This document shows, piece after piece, positions 14,624 to 27,163 of a DNA stretch of 64,000 nt (positions are counted from its first letter, which is position 1; every line of letters starts with the position of its first letter). The notes under the pieces are model-generated. The model was not told the DNA's origin and did not search any database. It saw only the letters and a program-made list of their open reading frames with translations. The position numbers and the translations under genes are program-made. The stretch is from Eledone cirrhosa (taxonomy: Eukaryota). The DNA lies in the NCBI GenBank assembly GCA_964016885.1, contig OZ024740.1, positions 296,360,001 through 296,424,000 of the forward strand, in the 5' to 3' direction.

Positions 14624-15843
14624 CATTTTTTATTTGGGGGATCCATTTTTTATTTGGGGGTTCCATTTTTTATTTGGGGGATCCATTTTACATTTGGGTG
14701 ATCCATTTTTTATTTGGGTGATCCATATTTTATTTGGGGGATCCATTTTTTATTTGGGGGATCCATTTTTTATTTGGGTGATCCATTTTTTATTTGGGGG
14801 ATCCATTTTTTATTTAGGTGATCCATTCTTTAGTTGGGTGATCCATTTATATTTGGGGGATCCATTTTTTATTTGTGTGATCCATTTTTTATTTGGCAGA
14901 TCCATTTTTTATTTGGGGGATCCATTTTTTATTTGGGTGATCCATTTTTTATTTGGGGGATCCATTTTTTATTTGGGTTATACATTTTTTATTTGGGGGA
15001 TCCATTTTTTATTTGGGTGATCCATTTTTTATTTGGGTGATCCATATTTTATTTGGGTGATCCATTTTTTATTTGGGGGATCCATTTTTATTTGGGTGAT
15101 CTATTTTTGATTTGGGTGATCCATTTTTTATTTGGGGGATCCATTTTTTATTTGGGTGATCCATTTTTTATTTGGGGGATCCATTTTTTATATGGGAGAT
15201 CCATTTTTTATTTGGGTGATCCATTTTTTATTTGGGTGATCCATTTTTTATTTGTTGGATCCATTTTTTATTTGGGGGATCCATTTTTTATTTGGGTGAT
15301 CCATTTTTTATTTGGGGGATCCATTTTTTATTTGGGAGATCCATTTTTGATTTGGGTGATCCATTTTTTATTTGGGTGATCCATTTTTTATTTGTTGGAT
15401 CCATTTTTTATTTGGGGGATCCATGTTTATTTGGGGGACCCTATTTTCATTTGGGGGATCCATTTTACATTTGGGGTATCCATTTTTTATTTGGGTGATC
15501 CATTTTTTATTTGGGGGATCCATTTTTTATTTGGGTGATCCATTTTTTATTTGGGTGATCCATTTTTTATTTGGGTGATCCATTTTTTATTTGTTGGATC
15601 CATTTTTTATTTGGTGGATCGACTTTTTATTTGGGGGTTCCATTTTTTATTTGGGGGATCCATTTTACATTTGGGTGATCCATTTTTTATTTGGGTGATC
15701 CATTTTTTATTTGGGGGATCCATTTTTTATTTGGGTGATCCATTTTTTATTTGGGGGATCCATTTTTTATTTGGATGATCCATTTTCTATTTGGGGGATC
15801 GATTTTTTATTTGGGGGTTCCATTTTTTATTTGGGGGATCCAT

Positions 15844-15920
15844 CAAATAAAAAATGGATCACCCAAATAAAAAATGGATCACCCAAATAAAAAATGGATC
15901 CCCCAAATAGAAAATGGATC
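15844..15920 (-). repeat. Inverted island, class B
   Basis: 4 reverse monomers, ATAGAAAATG variant. Confidence 0.95.
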
Positions 15921-18900
15921 CATTTTTTATTTGGGTGATCCATATTTTATTTAGGGGATCCATTTTTTATTTGGGTGATCCATTTTTATTTGGGTGATCC
16001 ATTTTTTATTTGGGTGATCCATTTTTTATTTGGGTGATCCATTTTTTATTTTGGGGATCTATTTATTATTTGGGTGATCCATTTTTTATTTGGGGGATCC
16101 ATTTTTTTTTGGGTGATCCATTTTTTATTTGGGGATCCATTTTTTATTTGGGGGATCCATTTTTTATTTGGGTGATCCATTTTTTATTTGGGGGATCCAT
16201 TTTTTATTTGGGTGATCCATTTTTAATTTGGGGATCCATTTTTTATTTGGGTGATCCATTTTTTATTTGGGGGATCCATTTTTTGTTTGGGTTATCCATT
16301 TTTTATTTGGGGGATCCATTTTGTATTTGGGTGATCCATTTTTTATTTGGCGGATCCATTTTTTATTTGGGGGATCAATTTTTTATTTGGGGATCCATTT
16401 TTTATTTAGGTGATCCATATTTTAGTTGGGTGATCCATTTTTATTTGGGGGATCCATTTTTTATTTGTGTGATCCATTTTTTATTTGGCGTATCCATTTT
16501 TATTTGGGGGATCCATTTTTTATTTGTGTGATCCATTTTTTATTTGGCAGATCCATTTTTTATTTGGGGGATCCATTTTTTATTTGGGTGATCCATTTTT
16601 TATTTGGGGGATCCATTTTTTATTTGGGTGATACATTTTTTATTTGGGGGATCCATTTTTTATTTGGGTGATCCATTTTTTATTTGGGTGATCCATATTT
16701 TATTTGGGTGATCCATTTTTTATTTGGGGGATCCATTTTTTATTTGGGTGATCCAATTTTTTATTTGGGTGATCCATTTTTTATTTGGGTGATCCATTTT
16801 TTATTTGGGTGATCCATTTTTTATTTGGGGGATCCATTTTTTATTTGGGTGATACATTTTTGATTTGGGTGATCCATTTTTTATTTGGGGGATCCATTTT
16901 TTATTTGGGTGATCCATTTTTTATTTGGGGGAACCATTTTTTATTTGGGAGATCCATTTTTGATTTGGGTGATCCATTTTTTATTTGGGTGATTCATTTT
17001 TTATTTGTTGGATCCATTTTTTATTTGGGGGATCCATTTTTATTTGGGGGACCCTATTTTTATTTGGGGGATCCATTTTACATTTGGGTGATCCCTTTTT
17101 TATTTGGGTGATCCATTTTTTATTTGGTGGATCCATTTTTTATTTGGGGTATCTATTTTTTATTTGGGTGATCCATTTTTTATTTGGGGGATCCATTTTT
17201 TATTTGGGTTATCCATTTTTTATTTGGGTGATCCATTTTTTATTTGGGTGATCCATTTTTTATTTGTTGGATCCATTTTTTATTTGGGGGATCCATTTTT
17301 TATTTGGGGGTTCCATTTTTTATTTGGGGGATCCATTTTACATTTGGGTGATCCAGTTTTTGTTTGGGTGATCCATTTTTTATTTGGGGGATCCATTTTT
17401 TATTTGGGTGATCCATTTTTTATTTGTTGGATCCATTTTTTATTTGGGGGATCCATTTTTTATTTGGGGGTTCCATTTTTTATTTGAGGGATCCATTTTA
17501 CATTTGGGTGATCCATTTTTTATTTGGGTGACCCATTTTTTATTCGGGGGATCCATTTTTTATTTGGGGGATCCATTTTTTATTTGGGGGTTCCATTTTT
17601 TATTTGGGTGATCCATTTTTTATTTGGGAGATCCATTTTTTATTTAGGTGATCCATTTTTTAGTTGGGTGATCCATTTTTTATTTGTGTGATCCATTTTT
17701 TATTTGGGGGATCCATTTTTTATTTGGGGGTTACATTTTTTATTTGGGTGATCCATTTTTTATTTGGGGGATCCATTTTTTATTTAGGTGATCCATTTTT
17801 TAGTTGGGTGATCCATTTTTTATTTGTGTGATCCATTTTTTATTTGGCGGATCCATTTTTTATTTGGGGGATCCATTTTTTATTTGGGTGATCCATTTTT
17901 TATTTGGGTGATCCATTTTTTATTTGGGTGATCCATATTTTATTTGCGTGATCCATTTTTTATTTGGGTGATCCATTTTTTATTTGGGTGATCCATTTTT
18001 TATTTGGGGGATCCATTTTTTATTTGGGTGATCCATTTTTTATTTGGGTGATCCATTTTTTATTTGGGGGATCCATTTTTTATTTGGGTGATCCATTTTT
18101 TATTTGGGGGATCCAGTTTTTGTTTGGGTGATCCATTTTTTATTTGGGGGATCCATTTTTTATTTGGGTGATCCATATTTAATTTAGGGGATCCATTTTT
18201 TATTTGGGTGATCCATTTTTTATTTGGGTGATCCATTTTTTATTTGGGTGATCCATTTTTTATTTTGGGGATCTATTTTTTATTTGGGTGATCCATTTTT
18301 TATTTGGGGGATCCATTTTTTTTTTTGGTGATCCATTTTTTATTTGGGGATCCATTTTTTATTTGGGGGATCCATTTTTTATTTGGGTGATCCATTTTTT
18401 ATTTGGGGGATCCATTTTTTATTTGGGTGATCCATTTTTAATTTGGGGATCCATTTTTTATTTGGGTGATCCATTTTTTATTTGGGGGATCCATTTTTTA
18501 TATGGGTGATCCATTTTTTATTTGGGGGATCCATTTTGTATTTGGGTGATCCATTTTTTATTTGGGGGATCCATTTTTTATTTGGGGGATCCATTTTTTA
18601 TTTGGGTGATCCACATTTTATTTGGGTGATCCAATTTTTATTTGAGGGATCCATTTTTTATTTGGGTGATCCATTTTTTATTTGGGTGATCCATTTTTTA
18701 TTTGGGTGATCCATTTTCTATTTGGGTGATCCATTTTTTATTTGGGGGATCCATTTTTTATTTGGATGATCCATTTTTTATTTGGGGGATTCATTTTTTA
18801 TTTGGGCGATCCGATTTTTATTTGGGTGATCCATTTTTTTATTGGGCGATCCATTTTTTATTTGGGTGATCCATTTTTTATTTGGGGGATCCATTATTTA

Positions 18901-19214
18901 TTTGTGTGATCCATTTTATATTTGGGGGATCCATTTTTTATTTGGGTGATCCATTTTTTATTTTGGAGATCCATTTTTTATTTGGGGGATCCATTTTTTA
19001 TTTGGGGGATCCATTTTTTATTTGGGTGATCCATTTTTTATTTGGGTGATCCATTTTTTATTTGTTGGATCCATTTTTTATTTGGGGGATCCATTTTTTA
19101 TTTGGGGGCTCCATTTTTTATTTGGGGGATCCATTTTACATTTGGGTGATCCATTTTTTATTTGGGTGATCCATTTTTTATTTGGGGGTTCCATTTTTTA
19201 TTTGGGGGATCCAT

Positions 19215-19251
19215 CAAATAAAAAATGGATCCCCCAAATAAAAAATGGATC
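19215..19251 (-). repeat. Inverted island, class C
   Basis: 2 reverse monomers. Confidence 0.95.
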
Positions 19252-19690
19252 CATTTTTTATTTGGGTGATCCATTTTTTATTTGGGGGATCCATTTTTTA
19301 TTTGGGTGATCCAGTTTTTGTTTGGGTGATCCATTTTTTATTTGGGGGATCCATTTTTTATTTGGGTGATCCATATTTTATTTAGGGGATCGATTTTTTA
19401 TTTGGTGATCCATTTTTTATTTGGGTGATCCATTCTTTATTTGGGTGATCCATTTTTTATTTTGGGGATCTATTTTTTATTTGGGTGATCCATTTTTTAT
19501 TTGGGGATCCATTTTTTATTTGGGTGATCCATTTTTTATTTGGGGGATCCATTTTTTATTTGGGGGATCCATTTTTTATTTGGGTGATCCATTTTTTATT
19601 TGGGGGATCCATTTTTTATTTGGGTGATCCATTTTTTATTTGGGGGATCCATTTTTTATTTGGGGGGCCATTTTTTATTTGGGGATCCAT

Positions 19691-19767
19691 CAAATAAAAA
19701 ATGGATCACCCAAATAAAAAATGGATCACCCAAATAAAAAATGGATCCCTCAAATAAAAAATGGATC
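19691..19767 (-). repeat. Inverted island, class A
   Basis: 4 reverse monomers. Confidence 0.95.
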
Positions 19768-20848
19768 CATTTTTTATTTGGGGGATCCATTTTTTATTTG
19801 GGGGTTCCATTTTTTATTTGGGGGATCCATTTTACATTTGGGTGATCCATTTTTTATTTGGGTGATCCATATTTTATTTGGGGGATCCATTTTTTATTTG
19901 GGGGATCCATTTTTTATTTGGGTGATCCATTTTTTATTTGGGGGATCCATTTTTTATTTAGGTGATCCATTCTTTAGTTGGGTGATCCATTTATATTTGG
20001 GGGATCCATTTTTTATTTGTGTGATCCATTTTTTATTTGGCAGATCCATTTTTTATTTGGGGGATCCATTTTTTATTTGGGTGATCCATTTTTTATTTGG
20101 GGGATCCATTTTTTATTTGGGTTATACATTTTTTATTTGGGGGATCCATTTTTTATTTGGGTGATCCATTTTTTATTTGGGTGATCCATATTTTATTTGG
20201 GTGATCCATTTTTTATTTGGGGGATCCATTTTTATTTGGGTGATCTATATTTGATTTGGGTGATCCATTTTTTATTTGGGGGATCCATTTTTTATTTGGG
20301 TGATCCATTTTTTATTTGGGGGATCCATTTTTTATTTGGGAGATCCATTTTTGATTTGGGTGATCCATTTTTTATTTGGGTGATCCATTTTTTATTTGTT
20401 GGATCCATTTTTTATTTGGGGGATCCATTTTTATTTGGGGGACCCTATTTTTATTTGGGGGATCCATTTTACATTTGGGGTATCCATTTTTTATTTGGGT
20501 GATCCATGTTTTTATTTGGGGGATCCATTTTTTATTTGGGTGATCCATTTTTTATTTGGGTGATCCATTTTTTATTTGGGTGATCCATTTTTTATTTGTT
20601 GGATCCATTTTTTATTTGGTGGATCGACTTTTTATTTGGGGGTTCCATTTTTTATTTGGGGGATCCATTTTACATTTGGGTGATCCATTTTTTATTTGGG
20701 TGATCCATTTTTTATTTGGGGGATCCATTTTTTATTTGGGTGATCCATTTTTTATTTGGGGGATCCATTTTTTATTTGGGTGATCCATTTTCTATTTGGG
20801 GGATCGATTTTTTATTTGGGGGTTCCATTTTTTATTTGGGGGATCCAT

Positions 20849-20925
20849 CAAATAAAAAATGGATCACCCAAATAAAAAATGGATCACCCAAATAAAAAAT
20901 GGATCCCCCAAATAGAAAATGGATC
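20849..20925 (-). repeat. Inverted island, class B
   Basis: 4 reverse monomers. Confidence 0.95.
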
Positions 20926-21721
20926 CATTTTTTATTTGGGTGATCCATATTTTATTTAGGGGATCCATTTTTTATTTGGGTGATCCATTTTTTATTTGGG
21001 TGATCCATTTTTTATTTGGGTGATCCATTTTTTATTTGGGTGATCCATTTTTTATTTTGGGGATCTATTTATTATTTGGGTGATCCATTTTTTATTTGGG
21101 GGATCCATTTTTTTTTGGGTGATCCATTTTTTATTTGGGGATCCATTTTTTATTTGGGGGATCCATTTTTTATTTGGGTGATCCATTTTTTATTTGGGGG
21201 ATCCATTTTTTATTTGGGTGATCCATTTTTAATTTGGGGATCCATTTTTTATTTGGGTGATCCATTTTTTATTTGGGGGATCCATTTTTTGTTTGGGTTA
21301 TCCATTTTTTATTTGGGGGATCCATTTTGTATTTGGGTGATCCATTTTTTATTTTGGGGATCCATTTTTTATTTGGGGGATCCATTTTTTATTTGGGTGA
21401 TCCATATTTTATTTAGGGGATCGATTTTTTGTTTGGTGATCCATTTTTTATTTGGGTGATCCATTCTTTATTTGGGTGATCCATTTTTTATTTTGGGGAT
21501 CTATTTTTTATTTGGGTGATCCATTTTTTATTTGGGGATCCATTTTTTATTTGGGTGATCCATTTTTTATTTGGGGGATCCATTTTTTATTTGGGGGATC
21601 CATTTTTTATTTGGGTGATCCATTTTTTATTTGGGGGATCCATTTTTTATTTGGGTGATCCATTTTTTATTTGGGGGATCCATTTTTTATTTGGGGGGCC
21701 ATTTTTTATTTGGGGATCCAT

Positions 21722-21798
21722 CAAATAAAAAATGGATCACCCAAATAAAAAATGGATCACCCAAATAAAAAATGGATCCCTCAAATAAAAAATGGATC
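21722..21798 (-). repeat. Inverted island, class A
   Basis: 4 reverse monomers. Confidence 0.95.
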
Positions 21799-22878
21799 CA
21801 TTTTTTATTTGGGGGATCCATTTTTTATTTGGGGGTTCAATTTTTTATTTGGGGGATCCATTTTACATTTGGGTGATCCATTTTTTATTTGGGTGATCCA
21901 TATTTTATTTGGGGGATCCATTTTTTATTTGGGGGATCCATTTTTTATTTGGGTGATCCATTTTTTATTTGGGGGATCCATTTTTTATTTAGGTGATCCA
22001 TTCTTTAGTTGGGTGATCCATTTATATTTGGGGGATCCATTTTTTATTTGTGTGATCCATTTTTTATTTGGCAGATCCATTTTTTATTTGGGGGATCCAT
22101 TTTTTATTTGGGTGATCCATTTTTTATTTGGGGGATCCATTTTTTATTTGGGTTATACATTTTTTATTTGGGGGATCCATTTTTTATTTGGGTGATCCAT
22201 TTTTTATTTGGGTGATCCATATTTTATTTGGGTGATCCATTTTTTATTTGGGGGATCCATTTTTATTTGGGTGATCTATATTTGATTTGGGTGATCCATT
22301 TTTTATTTGGGGGATCCATTTTTTATTTGGGTGATCCATTTTTTATTTGGGGGATCCATTTTTTATTTGGGAGATCCATTTTTGATTTGGGTGATCCATT
22401 TTTTATTTGGGTGATCCATTTTTTATTTGTTGGATCCATTTTTTATTTGGGGGATCCATTTTTATTTGGGGGACCCTATTTTTATTTGGGGGATCCATTT
22501 TACATTTGGGGTATCCATTTTTTATTTGGGTGATCCATTTTTTATTTGGGGGATCCATTTTTTATTTGGGTGATCCATTTTTTATTTGGGTGATCCATTT
22601 TTTATTTGGGTGATCCATTTTTTATTTGTTGGATCCATTTTTTATTTGGTGGATCGACTTTTTATTTGGGGGTTCCATTTTTTATTTGGGGGATCCATTT
22701 TACATTTGGGTGATCCATTTTTTATTTGGGTGATCCATTTTTTATTTGGGGGATCCATTTTTTATTTGGGTGATCCATTTTTTATTTGGGGGATCCATTT
22801 TTTATTTGGGTGATCCATTTTCTATTTGGGGGATCGATTTTTTATTTGGGGGTTCCATTTTTTATTTGGGGGATCCAT

Positions 22879-22955
22879 CAAATAAAAAATGGATCACCCA
22901 AATAAAAAATGGATCACCCAAATAAAAAATGGATCCCCCAAATAGAAAATGGATC
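22879..22955 (-). repeat. Inverted island, class B
   Basis: 4 reverse monomers. Confidence 0.95.
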
Positions 22956-24474
22956 CATTTTTTATTTGGGTGATCCATATTTTATTTAGGGGATCCATTT
23001 TTTATTTGGGTGATCCATTTTTTATTTGGGTGATCCATTTTTTATTTGGGTGATCCATTTTTTATTTGGGTGATCCATTTTTTATTTTGGGGATCTATTT
23101 ATTATTTGGGTGATCCATTTTTTATTTGGGGGATCCATTTTTTTTTGGGTGATCCATTTTTTATTTGGGGATCCATTTTTTATTTGGGGGATCCATTTTT
23201 TATTTGGGTGATCCATTTTTTATTTGGGGGATCCATTTTTTATTTGGGTGATCCATTTTTAATTTGGGGATCCATTTTTTATTTGGGTGATCCATTTTTT
23301 ATTTGGGGGATCCATTTTTTGTTTGGGTTATCCATTTTTTATTTGGGGGATCCATTTTGTATTTGGGTGATCCATTTTTTATTTTGGGGATCCATTTTTT
23401 ATTTGGGGGATCCATTTTTTATTTGGGTGATCCATTTTTTATTTGGGTGATCCATTTTTTTATTTGTGGATCCATTTTTTATTTGTGGGATCCATTTTTT
23501 ATTTGGGGGTTCCATTTTTTATTTGGGGGATCCATTTTACATTTGGGTGATCCATTTAGTAATTGGGTGATCCATTTTTTATTTGGGGGATCCATTTTTT
23601 ATTTGGGTGATCCATTTTTTATTTGGGTGATCCCTTTTTTATTTGGGTGATCCATTTTTTATTTGGGGAATCCATTTTTATTTGGGGGTTCCATTTTTTA
23701 TTTGGGGGATCCATTTTTTATTTGGGTGATCCATATTTTATTTAGGGGATCCATTTTTTATTTGGGTGATCCATTTTTTATTTGGGTGATCCATTTTTTA
23801 TTTGGGTGATCCATTTTTTATTTTGGGGATCCATTTTTTATTTGGGTGATCCATTTTTTATTTGGGTGATGAATTTTTTATTTGGGTGATCCATTTTTTA
23901 TTTGGGGGATCCATTTTTTATTTGGGTGATCCATTTTTTATTTTGGGGATCCATTTTTTATTTGGGTGATCCATTTTTTTATTTGGGGGATCCATTTTTT
24001 ATTTGGGTGATCCATTTTTTATTTGGGGGATCCATTTTTTATTTGGGTGATCCATTTTTTATTTGGGGGATCCATTTTTTATTCGGGGGATCCATTTTTT
24101 ATTTGGGTGATCCATTTTTTATTTGGGTGATCCATTTTTTATTTGGGGGATCCATTTTTTATTTCGGTGATCCATTTTTTATTTGGGTGATCCATTCTTT
24201 ATGTGGGTGATCCATTTTTGATTTGAGGGATCCATTTTTTATTTGGGTGGTCCATTTTTTATTTGGGTGATCCATTTTTTATTTGGGTGATCCATTTTTT
24301 ATTTGGGTGATCCATTTTTTATTTGGGTGATCCATTTTTTATTTGGGGGATCCATTTTTTATTTGTGTGATCCATTTTATATTTGGGGGATCCATTTTTT
24401 ATTTGGGTATTCATTTTTTATTTGGGGGATCCATTTTTTATTTGGGGGTCCCATTTTTTATTTGGGGGATCCAT

Positions 24475-24550
24475 CAAACAAAAAATGGATCACCCAAATA
24501 AAAAATGGATCACCCAAATAAAAAATGGACCCCCAAACAAAAAATGGATC
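24475..24550 (-). repeat. Inverted island, class D (CAAACAAAAAATG in first and last units, GGACCCCC)
   Basis: 4 reverse monomers, one 19 bp. Confidence 0.95.
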
Positions 24551-25230
24551 CATTTTTTATTTGGGGGATCCATTTTTTATTTGGGAGATCCATTTTTTAT
24601 TTGGGTGATCCATTTTTTATTTGGGTGATCCATTTTTTATTTGGGTGATCCATTTTTTATTTGGGGGATCCATTTTTTATTTGGATGATCCATTTTTTAT
24701 TTGGGGGATCCATTTTTTATTTGGGCGATCCAATTTTTATTTGGGTGATCCATTTTTTATTTGGGTGATCCATTTTTTATTTGGGTGATCCATTTTTTAT
24801 TTGGGGGATCCATTTTTTATTTGTGTGATCCATTTTATATTTGGGGGATCCATTTTTTATTTGGGTATCCATTTCTTATTTGGGTGATCCATTTTTTATT
24901 TTGGGGATCCATTTTTTATTTGGGGGATCCATTTTTTATTTGTGTGATCCATTTTTTATTTGGGTGATCCATTTTTTATTTGTGGATCCATTTTTTATTT
25001 GTGGGATCCATTTTTTATTTGGGGGTTCCATTTTTTATTTGGGGGATCCATTTTACATTTGGGTGATCCATTTAGTAATTGGGTGATCCATTTTTTATTT
25101 GGGGGATCCATTTTTTATTTGGGTGATCCATTTTTTATTTGGGTGATCCCTTTTTTATTTGGGTGATCCATTTTTTATTTGGGGGATCCATTTTTATTTG
25201 GGGGTTCCATTTTTTATTTGGGGGATCCAT

Positions 25231-25307
25231 CAAATAAAAAATGGATCACCCAAATAAAAAAGGGATCACCCAAATAAAAAATGGATCCCCCAAATAAAAA
25301 ATGGATC
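25231..25307 (-). repeat. Inverted island, class E (AAAAAAGGGATC in unit 2)
   Basis: 4 reverse monomers. Confidence 0.95.
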
Positions 25308-26169
25308 CATTTTTTATTTGGGTGATCCATTTTTTATTTGGGGAATCCATTTTTTATTTGGGTGATGCAGTTTTTGTTTGGGTGATCCATTTTTTATTTG
25401 GGGGATCCATTTTTTATTTGGGTGATCCATATTTTATTTAGGGGATCCATTTTTTATTTGGGTGATCCATTTTTTATTTGGGTGATCCATTTTTTATTTG
25501 GGTGATCCATTTTTTATTTTGGGGATCCATTTTTTATTTGGGTGATCCATTTTTTATTTGGGTGATGCATTTTTTATTTGGGTGATCCATTTTTTATTTG
25601 GGGGATCCATTTTTTATTTGGGTGATCCATTTTTTATTTTGGGGATCCATTTTTTATTTGGGTGATCCATTTTTTATTTGGGGGATCCATTTTTTATTTG
25701 GGTGATCCATTTTTTATTTGGGGGATCCATTTTTTATTTGGGTGATCCATTTTTTATTTGGGGGATCCATTTTTTATTCGGGGGATCCATTTTTTATTTG
25801 GGTGATCCATTTTTTATTTGGGTGATCCATTTTTTATTTGGGGGATCCATTTTTTATTTCGGTGATCCATTTTTTATTTGGGTGATCCATTTTTTATGTG
25901 GGTGATCCATTTTTGATTTGAGGGATCCATTTTTTATTTGGGTGGTCCATTTTTTATTTGGGTGATCCATTTTTTATTTGGGTGATCCATTTTTTATTTG
26001 GGTGATCCATTTTTTATTTGGGTGATCCATTTTTTATTTGGGGGATCCATTTTTTATTTGTGTGATCCATTTTATATTTGGGGGATCCATTTTTTATTTG
26101 GGTATTCATTTTTTATTTGGGGGATCCATTTTTTATTTGGGGGTCCCATTTTTTATTTGGGGGATCCAT

Positions 26170-26246
26170 CAAATAAAAAATGGATCACCCAAATAAAAAA
26201 TGGATCACCCAAATAAAAAATGGACCCCCCAAACAAAAAATGGATC
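26170..26246 (-). repeat. Inverted island, class D' (GGACCCCCCAAAC)
   Basis: 4 reverse monomers. Confidence 0.95.
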
Positions 26247-26926
26247 CATTTTTTATTTGGGGGATCCATTTTATATTTGGGGGATCCATTTTTTATTTGG
26301 GTGATCCATTTTTTATTTGGGTGATCCATTTTTTATTTGGGTGATCCATTTTTTATTTGGGGGATCCATTTTTTATTTGGATGATCCATTTTTTATTTGG
26401 GGGATCCATTTTTTATTTGGGCGATCCAATTTTTATTTGGGTGATCCATTTTTTATTTGGGTGATCCATTTTTTATTTGGGTGATCCATTTTTTATTTGG
26501 GGGATCCATTTTTTATTTGTGTGATCCATTTTATATTTGGGGGATCCATTTTTTATTTGGGTATCCATTTCTTATTTGGGTGATCCATTTTTTATTTTGG
26601 GGATCCATTTTTTATTTGGGGGATCCATTTTTTATTTGGGTGATCCATTTTTTATTTGGGTGATCCATTTTTTATTTGTGGATCCATTTTTTATTTGTGG
26701 GATCCATTTTTTATTTGGGGGTTCCATTTTTTATTTGGGGGATCCATTTTACATTTGGGTGATCCATTTAGTAATTGGGTGATCCATTTTTTATTTGGGG
26801 GATCCATTTTTTATTTGGGTGATCCATTTTTTATTTGGGTGATCCCTTTTTTATTTGGGTGATCCATTTTTTATTTGGGGGATCCATTTTTATTTGGGGG
26901 TTCCATTTTTTATTTGGGGGATCCGT

Positions 26927-27003
26927 CAAATAAAAAATGGATCACCCAAATAAAAAAGGGATCACCCAAATAAAAAATGGATCCCCCAAATAAAAAATGG
27001 ATC
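26927..27003 (-). repeat. Inverted island, class E' (junction GATCCGTCAAA)
   Basis: 4 reverse monomers. Confidence 0.95.
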
Positions 27004-27086
27004 CATTTTTTATTTGGGTGATCCATTTTCTATTTGGGGGATCGATTTTTTATTTGGGGGTTCCATTTTTTATTTGGGGGATCCAT

Positions 27087-27163
27087 CAAATAAAAAATGG
27101 ATCACCCAAATAAAAAATGGATCACCCAAATAAAAAATGGATCCCCCAAATAGAAAATGGATC
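27087..27163 (-). repeat. Inverted island, class B
   Basis: 4 reverse monomers, only 4 forward monomers after the preceding E' island. Confidence 0.95.

Larger units (their letters stand above)
19350..23420 (+). repeat. Tandem duplication, period 2030-2031 bp (each copy has an A and a B island)
   Basis: ORF pairs 19421/21452, 19721/21752, 20197/22228, 21016/23046; islands 19691/21722 and 20849/22879. Boundaries approximate. Confidence 0.88.
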
